DNA of 64,000 nt, taken from contig NC_086378.1 in NCBI RefSeq assembly GCF_036588685.1, forward strand, positions 54,374,001 to 54,438,000. Reading direction: 5' to 3'. The translations under genes were made by a program, and so were the position numbers. The notes under the pieces were generated by a model. It saw only the letters and a list, made by a program, of their open reading frames with translations, was not told where the DNA came from and did no database searches. The first letter of the stretch is position 1. Each line of letters begins with the position of its first letter. Origin of the DNA: Mytilus trossulus. Taxonomy: Eukaryota. This document shows, piece after piece, positions 51,558 to 64,000 of the stretch.

Positions 51558-52738
51558 ATGAACTATTCAAAAGAAGACAGACTGACAAATTGGAATTTGG
51601 TAGAAGCTAGAAAGTACATTCTACACGATGTATTTCTTGTTTTATATTTCATACTGGGATTGATAGGAAATCTAATAGTGTTAATTGTTTATAAATTAAG
51701 ACTAAAACAAACCGAAAGCAAGTACTTTATACCAATACTAGCATGTGTCGATATGTTTGCTTGCATTTTGAGAGCTTCATTTGACCTATGGAAGAACTTA
51801 CTGCCAGTAAAATTTACACCTGTCAGATTATTTGGTTCTTATTCAACATGTTCGGGTTTTCATCAATACTTCTTCTGGCAGTCATAACTCTACAGCGGTA
51901 TCTGAAGGTATGCCGACCCTTTGGACCTCAACTGACTCTTAAATGGAGACGTATATCGCTGGTATTTATATTTGTTTTGTCAGTTTCAGTGTCTTTTCCG
52001 TTTATAATTTGGAATAAACAATTACACATTCCAAACATTTCATTGAACGTGACAGGATATATCTGTGGCGCAAGTATTATGAAAGTTGATACCAGTAACG
52101 CTTATCTAACATTTATATTCTACCCAACTTTTATCATCGTTGGTGTGATGCTGGTGCTAATTATTTTAAATTTGTTGATTGGAAGACAAATGATAATTGC
52201 AAGCAGGTCGTTCATCATAGTTAATAATGTCATGAGGATGAAAACCACAAAAACAAAAATGTCGGCATCCAAAAATAACTTGGACACAGGCTTTTCTAAC
52301 ATTAGATCTGTAAGTACTTCATTAGCTGAAACTGACCTGAAAAAAACTCCCACGGACACTAATCAGAAAAATACGTCCAATTGCACTGACAAGACAAATA
52401 CGTTTACTAACTGTTGTGTACCTGAACAACCGAAGAATAAGTCAAAAACTGACGAACGGATTTATGCAGCCAAACGATTTTCTTTGATGATCATAATTAT
52501 AAACGTAGTATTCATTCTTTGTTATATTCCTCAGTTAGTTTCACTGTTCTCGCTTATTTATGATCGTCATTTTCTTATCAAAAGAACGGAGTATGAGGTC
52601 AGTATTTTCACATTTATTGACCAGATGGTCATAATAAAAAACATTGTCAACCCGTTTGTGTATGGAATGTTCGACAAAACATTTAAGGTAGAAGCAAACA
52701 ATTTGATGAACACGTATTGTAAATTGAGAAAAAATTGA
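51558..52738 (+). pseudogene. Intronless class A (rhodopsin-like) orphan GPCR, peptide-receptor-like, split by one frameshift near 51813-51820 (pseudogene, null allele or assembly error)
   Basis: ORF 51516..51887 supplies TM1 (LGLIGNLIV) and TM2 (LACVD). Overlapping ORF 51788..52738 supplies TM3-TM7 with QRY (DRY-like), FILCYIP (CWxP-like) and NPFVY (NPxxY). Confidence 0.88.
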
Positions 52739-55700
52739 CATCACAATAGATTCCGTCTACTGGAGAAACAAAATTGTGAAGGAGCTTTCACTAAATAAAT
52801 AAACTGCAGATTTGATTTGTTTCAATGCGATACAGAAATATTTCTTTGAAACCGATAAGCTCAAGATATTAGGCATAAACCAACGCACATCTTTCACTTA
52901 CTATATCTAAATGTTCGCAGTTTACGAAGGAAATGTATGACATTTTCACATATAGAAACTATTTTGTATCGTAACCAAATCTTTATGTACTAGTTCAGTA
53001 GTTCTTATACATATTTTTACCTATCTTACACCACATCTGCAATTGAACACATGTTTAATATAAAAGACAGTCACGTTATAAATATTGAATATGCCTATTT
53101 ATTTAGTTCGATGTACTGATAAGTTATGATATATAACAACATTTATAAATACAAAACAAGTTGTTGTTGGTCTCGAATATTACCTAAGAGACATCAATTG
53201 CAGAAATGCGCATCGAAAGCATAAACAATGGTATCATGATTTATTATAAAGATCAATACATTATTGATTATAAGTTGCAGAAATAAATCTAATGAAACAC
53301 TGCCTTATTTGTATATAATATGACCGACAATTTGAATGCAAAATATAAAATTTATACAAAGAATTGAACAATACTTGGGACATGTCAATAGTTGATAACT
53401 TGGCAGCAAACAATTCATAGTTAAATGGTAAGCATTTTATTATTTATCAACATTTTAGTAACCGTTGGTAACCAAATAATAACACGTTTGTAAATATCTG
53501 TTTCCTGTGACAAATGTAAACATGTTATTTCATGTATTCCAATAATAAAACATTTTTCGTCTCTATTGTGTAGGAATATAATTTTGACATGTTTAGGAAG
53601 TGCATTTATCGCACAATTCTCTTCCAAATCAAATATTTACTCACTTTATATGACATTTCAGTTTCAATGCTAGCAGTGCATATTTTCAACATTGGTATTT
53701 AGATATTTAAAAATTATGTCAAACAGTATTTTTTAAATAACTGTTTAATGTAAATACGTAGTTAATTCAAAAACGCTAAACACAATGCAATATATACAAA
53801 AACAAACATGGAACATATTCATTGAAACCAATCTTGGTGGTAAACGATACAAGTTCATTATGGGTTGAATAAGAAATAACTTGTTCAGTTGCATTATTGT
53901 TGTTATATATTTCCGTACTAACAGAAAATGTGTATGGAAGATGTTGTTAAAATAAAGATAAAAATTCATTGTCTTATTATTGCAAATATTGTCCAAAAGA
54001 AAGAAGTTGATTTTACTTCTTCGATGTCTTTCTTCACTTCCGTTTTTGGTAGGGTTCGTGAAGCTCTCCCTTTACTTTCCTGTAATGTATTTTTTGTACT
54101 GTATTTTTGTCCTTTTTTTTCTACCATTGCATTGTCAGTTTGTTCTACCTAAGACTTTGAAAATTTCACTGTCATCTTTAGTCATTCTCTCATTAATGCA
54201 TATATTTGGTCGAATTACATATTTGCCATTTCGATAGAAACTTTATGCAAAAGAATATAACAAAAATACCGAACTTCAAAGTAAATAAACAATGCTATGT
54301 TAAAACAGTAACCATGATAACAAAATAAACAATACAATACAATACAATATTTACAATACAATAATACTCCTGTAAACAATTTGGGACATGGAAACATCTT
54401 AGAAACAGCCAAAAATGGTGTTTTTGTTTTTTAGAAGAAAACTATTGAAATTGCAATTGTTCCGTTAAACGATTAACATGGTTCGGTTAAGTTTCGAGAA
54501 ATTCCTGATAGTTTTTTTATCAAATTTGTCATGATTTAGATTCAAATTAATATATTTTTTTTTTTATCTCAATCATATTGATAGCTTGGTCGAAAACGCT
54601 TGTAATAATAAAACTAAATTACACAATTTACTAACTGACTTGAAATGTAAAGAAAACACTTTTCAATCAAATTTGGAGGATGTAATAACTGGCAAAGCGA
54701 ACATCAAACAATTTAACTTTTTGATACATGTCTTCGTATGAAAATCGTTCTACTACGAATGTCTTTAAAAGAATACGAAATAAAAGAGCAGTAATGTATC
54801 CCTACATACAAAAACATCATTCAACATGTTTAACAATGATGACATTTTGGAGAATTATAATTTCTTCGTGGTCTCAATGAATATTATATAAAGTAACTAA
54901 TCGGAGAACTTGCCTTGTTTGTATTGGAAACCTAAACTTTACCAAATACCAAACAAGCAACCGTACATTACCAGCTCATCTGCATGTTCGACGAACGAAT
55001 GGTCAATTTCATTGACAAATATTCTTTTTTTCACAGTGAAAGATGATCTTCTGAAATACGGTGAAACTGTTTACTCGCGTAGTGGTATTCAGACAAAACT
55101 ATCTTGAAATAATATTTATTTTATCAGTATGAAGAAACCTATGATTGGATGCCGATAGTAACCACGATTAAATCGGGAGTAGAGGCGTATCAATTATGTA
55201 AATGTAGTAATATGGGAAGACTATTGTTTGTTTTGTTTGTTTTTTTTGGGGGGGAGGGGTCGCCTCTTTTATTTTTGGCGAGCAGATTTTGTGTTGAAAG
55301 ATTTGGCTCGGATAATTGGTATATGATGTCGAACCGCGTAAAGGATTTTACCAATTTAACATAACTCTTTTTCTTGTAAGAATCCACAAACACTATAATT
55401 GTACTTGTTATTTCTACTACATCGCAACCATAAAAGAAAGCGAATTTTTTTTTTCTCCAAATTTATCATATTATTCGCAGGACTTTTTAAAATCATGATC
55501 GAAGCGGTATATGTAATCCATGTGAGAGTCACTTCCCTTTATGTTTTTGATATAAGTGATATGTACTTGTTACTGGTAAACCATGAGTAGTATATACCTA
55601 GATAGGGTCTTTGGATTATAGGCGAAGGTTTCACAAAAAATGAAAATGATATCAAGTTCATAAAATGTGATTTTGGCTTATAATAACTCCTTCTAAAAAA

Positions 55701-57580
55701 AGGTATAAAATTGAATTTGTTCGTTGCGACATGTCGTAATACATTAATTTTGGTAGAAAAAGGTACGTTGACATTTAATTGGAGCTGTATCCCCTCTTAA
55801 AAAAAATAGATGTATGTTTACATTACTTAGTTAACCATATATAGTATAGCCGTTTAGCCTTTGATTTGCGGTCCCTGCTCAATGAGCATGACAGCTAGGT
55901 TAAGATAAAAGGTAAGACAATAACAATCAAAACCAAGGAGTAAACAAAGACACACAAATCCAAAAGTGTGGACGTAGCGCGCGTCTGGTTTATAAAGATA
56001 TTTTTTAACCTGTTACCTTTGAATGTTTATTATTCGTTTGTTTCTCTGTCCTATATTTTCTCCCATTAATCTGTTTATTTATTGTAACCCTGTCGTGTTC
56101 TGTTGTAATTTTAATGTTGTAACCCACAATTTTTCATATTTTTTGCCCTGTACCAAGTCAGGAAAATGGCCATTGTTACATTACAGTTCGTTTCTCTGTG
56201 TGTTACGTTTCCGTCTTGTGTCTCTGGTATGTCGTAGTTCTCTTATACATGTTATATTTGATACGTTTTCCTCAGTTTTAGTTTGTAATCCGGATTTGTT
56301 TTTTTCTCTATCAATTTATGATTTTTAAACAGCGGTATACTACTGTTATTTACATCAACAGTTATAAATAATAAATAAGAAACAACACAAACTCCATTCA
56401 AAACCGGAAGTGAAATAATGTGCTCCGGAAGGGTAAGACTTTCCTGCATCTTATACGGCACCCGTCGTGTTATTTCTTTGTTCAATTCGGTAAAGAAAGA
56501 AGGATGTTATGACTAAGGAAGAATATCAGATATGATTACTGACACACGTTTGTCATAATGTCCAATCAGCTCATGATGTCGACCGTAAAATTTCTTGAGT
56601 GATGACCTTAATTTGATTAAAATTGACGTTCAGGATTTGGATGTTTGGTATACATTCATATTTATCGATGATAATGCCATGGGGTGGTTGGCATTAGGTT
56701 GATAGATATATGACCTTGACAAATCCAACCCTCTATCACTTTCGTTAAACCTCAAGTAGCATCTTTAACAGGAAATGGCTAAATATCTCATTCAATTTAA
56801 GAAAAAATGCCTTAAACATTGTATGATTAGAATTAGCGTGTGATAAACTGTCTTTTACGATCATAGATACTGTTTTTTGCCACATTTTCTTATATTGGGT
56901 GAATGCGGATGGAAAGACCTTCAGGTATTCTCTAACCAATTTATTTTTGATTGTATTATTAAAGTTCTTTAGTATAACGTTTAAATGCTGTAAGAGACTT
57001 TTGTTACGAAAAATATTATTTCTACACAGATAGATAGCACAAACGAGCTCCGTGCATGACCATCCGAGACCAAAGATGAATATTGGACAATATAGATGAC
57101 ACACATTATATACTATTAACTTAAATAATAAAAGACATAATTCTTATTCCTGCAGAAACCAATTTCTGGATGCTAGTAACGAACCATCTTAGAGGAGAAA
57201 AAGGATAACAGAGGGACATTAAAACTAATAGATCGAAAATAAACTGAAAACATTGACAACGCCATGGCTAAAAATAAAGAAAAACAATATTACAGTACAC
57301 ATAACACAACATAGAAACTAAGCATCACGAATCCCATCAAAAACTGAGGCAATCGCAGGTGCTCCTGAATGGTAAGCTAAACCATCTTCTTATGTGGTAC
57401 TCAAAAGTTGCTTATGTTATTACAAACCCGGTAAATATTCTATTTCGATAGGTGTCATTCGTTAAAAGCGAACTGGATAGTGGTGACGAAATTTGAACGT
57501 ATACAATTTTATTAATTAAAATAACAATTTTACAACTAATGTGCATTTATTATATATAACATGAGTATTGAAGAGTTTTA

Positions 57581-60500
57581 TCAACGTTCAATGGTGGAAA
57601 TCAGGTATCCAGTAAAGCTACTGTATGCATTCTGTATCGTTTCTGTCCCGGCAGCCGAGAAATGTTGTATAGACACTTTATCTCCTTTCTCAAGCTCCAG
57701 GGTACCAGTTATCGAACCTGCATCTTGCGAATTTCGGTTGTGTCCATAGGTCAGTTTGTTGTTGTCTTTCACTAATATAAGGTTTAATGAGGTTCCAACG
57801 GACATATAAGTACAGTGAAAGTAGTAAAGTCCTTTGACGGGTGCTCGTAAGATACCAGTTTTTGGGATCATATGCATTTCCTGTATTTGTAAAAACCGTA
57901 TCAAATACCAAGGTCGACGATCCAGATATTTTCACTGTTTTCGACAACCCCACATTAAATGCTATCGGTTTGTGGTGATTGTTTCTACACCCAGTGCCTT
58001 AAAAAATAAGAAATTTAAATACATTAACAGCTTAAAATTTCATGTAGAGCAAAAACCTGAATAAATATCCCACAGAGAAATTTGTATTATTTTCACTATT
58101 TCGTCTTCGATTTTTGTATATAGTCATAGTGACCGTGGAAATAAGTCTCGAAGTTTATATTACCAGACAGGATTAAAAAAAAAGGGGATTTCCAACCATA
58201 AATCTCCACTTAAACGTATTGATCGTCAACGACAAAGAGGGTTCTAAACACCGGGACGTCTTCATTGACCCGCCACTTTTGATGAATGTTTTATTATATA
58301 TTAATAAAAAGGTGTTTTAAAATTAATATTTGAACTTTCTTTTGAACGAAACTATTATTTTATACTACTTGTATTACCTGTATTTACCTGTATTATTGGT
58401 GCCAATGAAATGCTTATTTTTGGCGCAAATGGGTTTTATTAGTGCAAATGAAATGTCTATTGGCGTAAAAGCAATGCACCGAGGACAAATATATTAATTT
58501 TGATTTGAGGGTTGTTATATCCTGCAAATATTATTATTTACTGAGGTGTGACCTAATACGATATGTACGGGGTCAGTCAATTGGAATTTACTGACCACGT
58601 TTATATCGTATTATATAACTATGTAACGAATTATCTTACCGACTAACTTTATTTGTTGAATTTTGACTATAGTTGTCTCGTTTGCAATTGCAATCAACAT
58701 ATTCTAATTTCTATATATTAAAGTTCTCAAGTGTTAAATTTTCAGACCCTTCTTTCATTGGGCTGCACAAAAAATTAATGTCAACAATAACAATTTAATA
58801 TCAACAAAATTAAACCGAACTTTCAATACATATTAATAATCAAATAGTGTCAAAGTCGAAACGTCACTACTAATCGTGTATTGAAATAAGCTCCGCCTCC
58901 CTAATGACCTAATATAGAAATACACGGTCACGACGCGGATGCTTTCAACCAATCATATTTCTAGAAATGTGTTGGAGGTTAGATAATAACTGATACATCT
59001 GAACTAGTATATATGTGTTTAGGGGTCAGCTGAAGGACGCCTCCGGGTGCGGGAATTTCTCGCTACATTTAAGACCTGTTGGTGACCTTCTGCTGTTGTT
59101 TTTTTATTTGGTTGGGTTGTTGTCTCTTTGACACATTCCCCATTTCCATTCTCAATTTTATGCCACATTACTGTAATAAAATGAATACTTGAAATCCGAC
59201 GGCTATAGTTAGTATATAACCGTAAATATAGACGGTCTTTCTTATTCAGTAAACATATTGGACTTAAATTATAATAGTTACCTGAACTTATTTGTTTGAT
59301 TTCTTTTACAAAATTTAAAAGCTTTTCCATGACAGTTTCTGTTCGATCTGCAAAGATAAATTTATATAGAAACCATAATTTGATAGTCACCTTTAAGTCA
59401 AAAAAATCAACTAATATTGATTTCTAAACGAGTAATATATATCTTTTTTTCTTAACATCAGCAATGACGAACAAGGCAAATATCAAGGAACATATTTTGG
59501 TACAAAAACCCTCATTAAATTGCTGAACAAGACAAATATCAAAGGACCATATTAATATGTCACAAAACCCCGCTTCAGTGAAAACAAAACAAAAAGTAAC
59601 GGCAGAACGATTGAAGGTTTAAAAATATGCTTCTATCTGTTGTAAAAGATTGTATTGCAACATCAAACTGAATATAAACTGTGATGTAAAAGGGATTGGT
59701 TCTACGGTAAGTACTCGCTATCATAGTGCCTCTATGTCTCTTATCGCAGATTTGTACCGTAACTTTAAACCACATTTAGTGGTTAAATGTAATAAAGTAT
59801 AACGGATCACCATAATGATAGATATATTCCACACATCTGTAAATACTTATCAATAAACGGAAATTGTATCGTTTTCAATACATCTTCACACCGACACAAA
59901 CGGAAAAAATACATTGTAAAGGGATTGTAAAACGCTCTTCAACAATACAAATGTGTCTTTCATGTCTAAATAATACAGTGTATGTAATTTTCTTTATGAC
60001 CAATATTTTAGAAAAGTTAAAAAAAAAAATTTAAATATAGCACAAGAACAAAACGGGCCAGACTGGAAGATTACTTAGAATGATTATAGTGATCTTCGTG
60101 TTTCTCTTGCTGTTAATATGCAGTGATGCATTATGTTGTAAGTTATAATTCTTTTGTATGCGTTTCAATGTCCAATTAATAATTTAAGATGTCGGTGTTA
60201 CAAAATTAATGTGCTCCTAAAACAGAGAAAATAACTCAGAGAAGAAGAGGACAACCAAGAAAGCTGATGATTAAACATATCTCAGGGGTGCTAATTTGTA
60301 GTGTTTTTCTTTGTTTTACAAAAAGAGCGTGTCAAGTTATGTCTCTGTGTGATATTTTTTACAACATTTCTTAAGATGTCGATCGTATTTTAATTAAGTG
60401 GTGCGATTTCTCTATGTGTGTGACACTGGTGCTCCGAAAGAGGATGGATTTACTTAGAGAAAAACTAAGAATTAAACACGTTTCTTCAAGTCTATCATAT

Positions 60501-61180
60501 TCATTTTTTTGCGAGTTTGCTAAAGTAATACAAGTTGTAATAACTAGTTAGAGTGTTTCAGTGGTGCAAGTCGGCCGTTGATGGGTAGTGTGTGAACTGA
60601 ACATGCGCAAAAGCGTATAAGATACAAATCGATAATGGTCTCCGAATCAAAATATTTTCTCTAAATTTTGCGTTCTCTGTAAAAAAAAATTGATCCTTTC
60701 AAAGACAAATTTAGGAAGTGCAAAACGCGATATTTAAACTCCATATCACAAATATTTTCGACTTCAGGCTTTGTATGATTTAATGGGAGTTGCAGGTCAA
60801 AGAAACTAATCTCATCCTTAAGTAGTAAATTTATACATTCAGTTTACCGTCCTATGTATATCTTGTAATTCATTTAAAATAATTCAACATATACTAGCTA
60901 TTACTGTGAATTCATTTATTTTTTGGGGTATCAATTTTCGTGGATTGCTGAAAACTTGAATTTTCGTTTTTTTTACGGGTTATGCCAAGTATTGAGTGTT
61001 GTCTATGGATGTTCAACTATAACCGTTTACATTTTCGTTATTTGGTCTCTGGTAGACAGTTATCTCATTTGCAATTTATCAATACATACCATTTGAACAG
61101 TTTCCTTTGGCGTCTGACTTTACAGCATGATTCATAGCAGCGATAAGCACAATTAAGATGACTTTTCCAGTGGAAAACAT
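57581..61180 (-). pseudogene. Secreted globular C1q-domain-containing (C1qDC) gene, 3 exons: complement(join(57581..57997,59282..59347,61090..61180)); 1-nt frameshift in exon 3
   Basis: Exon 1 signal peptide MFSTGKVILIVLIAAMNHAVKS (donor GTATGT). Exon 2 short amphipathic helix DRTETVMEKLLNFVKEIKQISS. Exon 3 gC1q motifs (IAF, VFD.V.TN.G.AY, GI..APVKGLYYF, GDKV, SFTGYLI). All junctions phase 1. One extra A in the run at 57859-57863 relative to the paralogue. Confidence 0.85.
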
Positions 61181-62334
61181 TTCAGAACTTAATTTACACA
61201 AACCGTAATACAAAATACAGTCTACGAAAAAAACTTTAAATTTGTATTTAATATTGATCGTTGATGATTGTATCGCGTGATAAACACCAATCGACCAGAT
61301 TACATAACGGTGGCTAATGTCGAATTGCATTCTGTTCATTTGTACATGAACATTTAGTCTATAGTTATTCATAGTGTTACATGCTGTTGTTTTGTTACAG
61401 CTATCAAGGTTTGAAAAATAAGGTTTTATTCCGCAATGGAACTTTTGCTATATATTTTATAGAGAATGTTTTCCCTTTGGCTGCTATTGCCTCTTTCTGA
61501 ATATTTCCTTCTTTTCTGTTTATGTCATGTATGTCACTAAAATCCTTTTTTATCAACTTAAGACTCATTTAAAATAAACTCAGGATATAGTCATACGGTT
61601 GTCATGATCGAATCGTTGACTATCAGAAGATTTAGTATGTGTGCGAATGAGACAACTCTCCATCTAAGTCATAAACAAAAGTGTAAAGCCAATCAAGCAG
61701 GAAAACGAACGGTCTAATCTATAAAAAAAAAAGAACAATACTTATGAACCTCATCAACAAACAAAAACCATTGAATGACAAGTTCCTGACTATGGAAATT
61801 GCAAACAAATGCAGCGGGTTTAAACGTTTAAAACATAGACACAGCACAAATATTCAAACTCCTCAAATGATGAAATGATGAACATTAAAATGACATTTAA
61901 GAAAACTATATTCAAAGAAACACATACATGTACTAATCGCTCTAAAAGCATACATTTCTATTGTTACATGACTTTCGGAGAACTGAATCAAAATACAACT
62001 TTAGTATTTCGTATTTGTGTTCGTGTTTGAGCTTTGTTTAAACACTATAATGCTGAAAAGACAAACAACTTAAACAGATATGTGGGAATTTTAATGCTTT
62101 GTCAGTTTTCATGTTATCATGTCTGACATATAACGACAGGACTCTTTTTTGTAAGAGATACCTTATGCGTCTCGTTAATGAATTAGCATTACATACTAAG
62201 GATAAATGAAGGAAATTAAAGATAAGGTCAACAAATAGATCACTTAACGTTTATCCCCGCAGAAAACAATTGCGGTAAACCATTAAGTTAGATAATATAT
62301 TGGTTAATTTGTAAAATTTCATAGTTTAATAGAA

Positions 62335-63250
62335 TTGAGAATGGAAATTGGGAATGTGTCAAAGAGACTACAACCCGACCATAGAACAGACAACAGCAGA
62401 AGGTCACAATAGGTCTTCAATACAGGGAGAAACTCCCGCACACGGAGGCGTCCTTCAGCTTGCCCCTATACAAATATTTATACTAGTTCAGTGATAATGG
62501 ACGTCATTCTAAACTCCGAACTATACACAAGAAACTAAAATCAAAAATCATACAAGACTAACAAAGGTCAGAGGCTCCTGACTTGGGACAGGCGCAAAAA
62601 TGCGGCGAGGTTTAAAATGTTTTTAGATCTCAATCCTCTCCCTATACTTCTATCCAATTTTTAAAAGTAAACGCATAATAATACGCACAGGAATATTCAA
62701 TTCAAGAGAAGTCCTAGTCCTATGTCAGAAGAGGTAACAAAAAAAAATTAAAATAAAATGACAATAATACTTAAATAACAATAGACTACTAGCAGTTACT
62801 GACATGCCAGCTCCAGGCCTCAATTAAACTGATTAAAAGAACATGTCTTCATCATATGAATATCAGGTCCAATCCCTCCCGTTAGGATTTAGTATTATAC
62901 CATCATAAAATTTATGAGAAGATCATAACCCGGGTCATGCCAAAAACTGTTTTTTAAATAAATTTGTTTAATTCTGATGCAAAGACCCTATAAGTAAATC
63001 AATATTAAAGGCAAGATATGCAATATGTAATGACCTGACAACAGTATCGTAAATATATCCCTTCTAAATAAGTTTGTTAAGAAATTTTGTTAGCTTCTTA
63101 GGTGAATACTGACGTTTTTGTGCTTTGTAAAGAATATTACCATAAAAGATTGGATGTGAAAATACCTGAACTTATAAGATGTCTGCATGTTTAGTTATAT
63201 TTTTGAATGATGTCCTTGTACCGATGATAAAATTTAGTAAATGTTTTGAC
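62335..63250 (+). repeat. Interspersed repeat family C (TTGAGAATGGAAAT..GGAATGTGTCAAAGAGAC...GGAGGCGTCCTTCAGCT); partial inverted copies at ~58995-59160 and ~26190-26380
   Basis: Direct visual alignment of the first ~170 bp among three loci; the right boundary is approximate. Confidence 0.7.
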
Positions 63251-63351
63251 TAGTTTATTAAAACCAATTTTACTAAAAACAATAACAACTTATTTGAAAT
63301 GTAAATATACAGTTTTCAATAGTAATTTCATTTTCCAAAGTTTTGAAATCG

Positions 63352-63761
63352 TCAAGAGATTGAAATCAAGTACCCAGTAAAACTAGCGTATTCACCATGG
63401 ATAGCTTCTGATCTTGCAGCCGAGTAATGTTGTATAGACACTTTATCGCCAATCTCAAGCTCTATGGTTCCAGATATCGAACCAAAATCACGATTACTAA
63501 AGCTGTGTCCTCTGGTCAGCATACTTTTATTTTTCATTAATATAAGGTGTAATGGGGTTCCAATCGACATTAATGTACAATCAAAGTAGTATAGTCCTTT
63601 GACAGGTGCCCGAAAAATACCAGTTTTGGAATCGTATGCATCCCCTGTATTTGTGAATACCTTATCAAATACCACAGTATCCGATCCAGAGACTGTCACT
63701 TGTTTTGTTAACTGAGCATAAAATGCTATCGGTTTTTGGTGATTGTTTCTACAGTCAGTGC
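63352..63761 (-). CDS. Last exon of a second C1qDC paralogue (intact gC1q domain); upstream exons lie beyond the window end
   Basis: Acceptor ttttttaAG at 63762-63, open frame GTDCRNNHQKPIAF...SFTGYLISIS-stop; about 67% aa identity to the neighbour by manual alignment. Confidence 0.92.
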
Positions 63762-64000
63762 CTTAAAAAAAGTAAAAAATTCAATACAGCTTATTAATTT
63801 AACTAATGTTTAAAAAAAAATCGAATCAAATATCCACCTTAGAAGTTTCTACTTGTCGACAATAGTACTGCTTCTCAGCGTAATGAAGAAAACCATGATT
63901 TTGTCAAATATTAATGTATTTATATCTTATGCAGCTATCTTGCGATATCGACCTCGGAGACACAATAGGAGTATAAAAGCTTTCAGTTCAATGTCACACA

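Noticed and set aside
51807-51820. Programmed -1 ribosomal frameshift joining the two GPCR ORFs (AAATTTA resembles a slippery heptamer)
   Set aside because: The heptamer is out of phase: zero-frame codons are GTA AAA TTT ACA, so tandem slippage would mispair in the A site. No obvious downstream stimulatory structure.
52120-52744. Antisense ORFs over the GPCR (similar cases over the C1q exon and laccase exon 8)
   Set aside because: Shadow frames of real coding sequence on the opposite strand.

Overview
AT-rich, intron-containing animal DNA, most likely a bivalve mollusc such as Mytilus (inferred from C1q-domain paralogues, an intronless orphan GPCR and the repeat landscape; not provable from this window). 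Reconstructed genes: (1) a 9-coding-exon, ~754-aa three-domain multicopper oxidase/laccase on + (23421-41894) with phase-consistent GT-AG junctions, all four Cu-binding motifs, an insect-laccase-type Cys-rich N-terminus, two unusual His/Met-rich inserts and a GPI-like C-terminal tail; (2) an intronless class A GPCR broken by one frameshift (51558-52738); (3) two tandem C1q-domain genes on - (one with all three exons but a 1-nt homopolymer frameshift, one represented by its last exon only). The rest is non-coding and dense with non-autonomous transposons: a self-nested PIF/Harbinger-like element forming a 2.5-kb quasi-palindrome, a MULE derivative with a FLYWCH-like remnant, an 8-bp-TSD element carrying an internal LINE fragment, hairpins and tandem repeats. 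The best candidate for new biology is the His/Met-loaded, probably surface-anchored laccase, which resembles bacterial cuprous oxidases (CueO-type) in design. Most short ORFs in the supplied track are noise.
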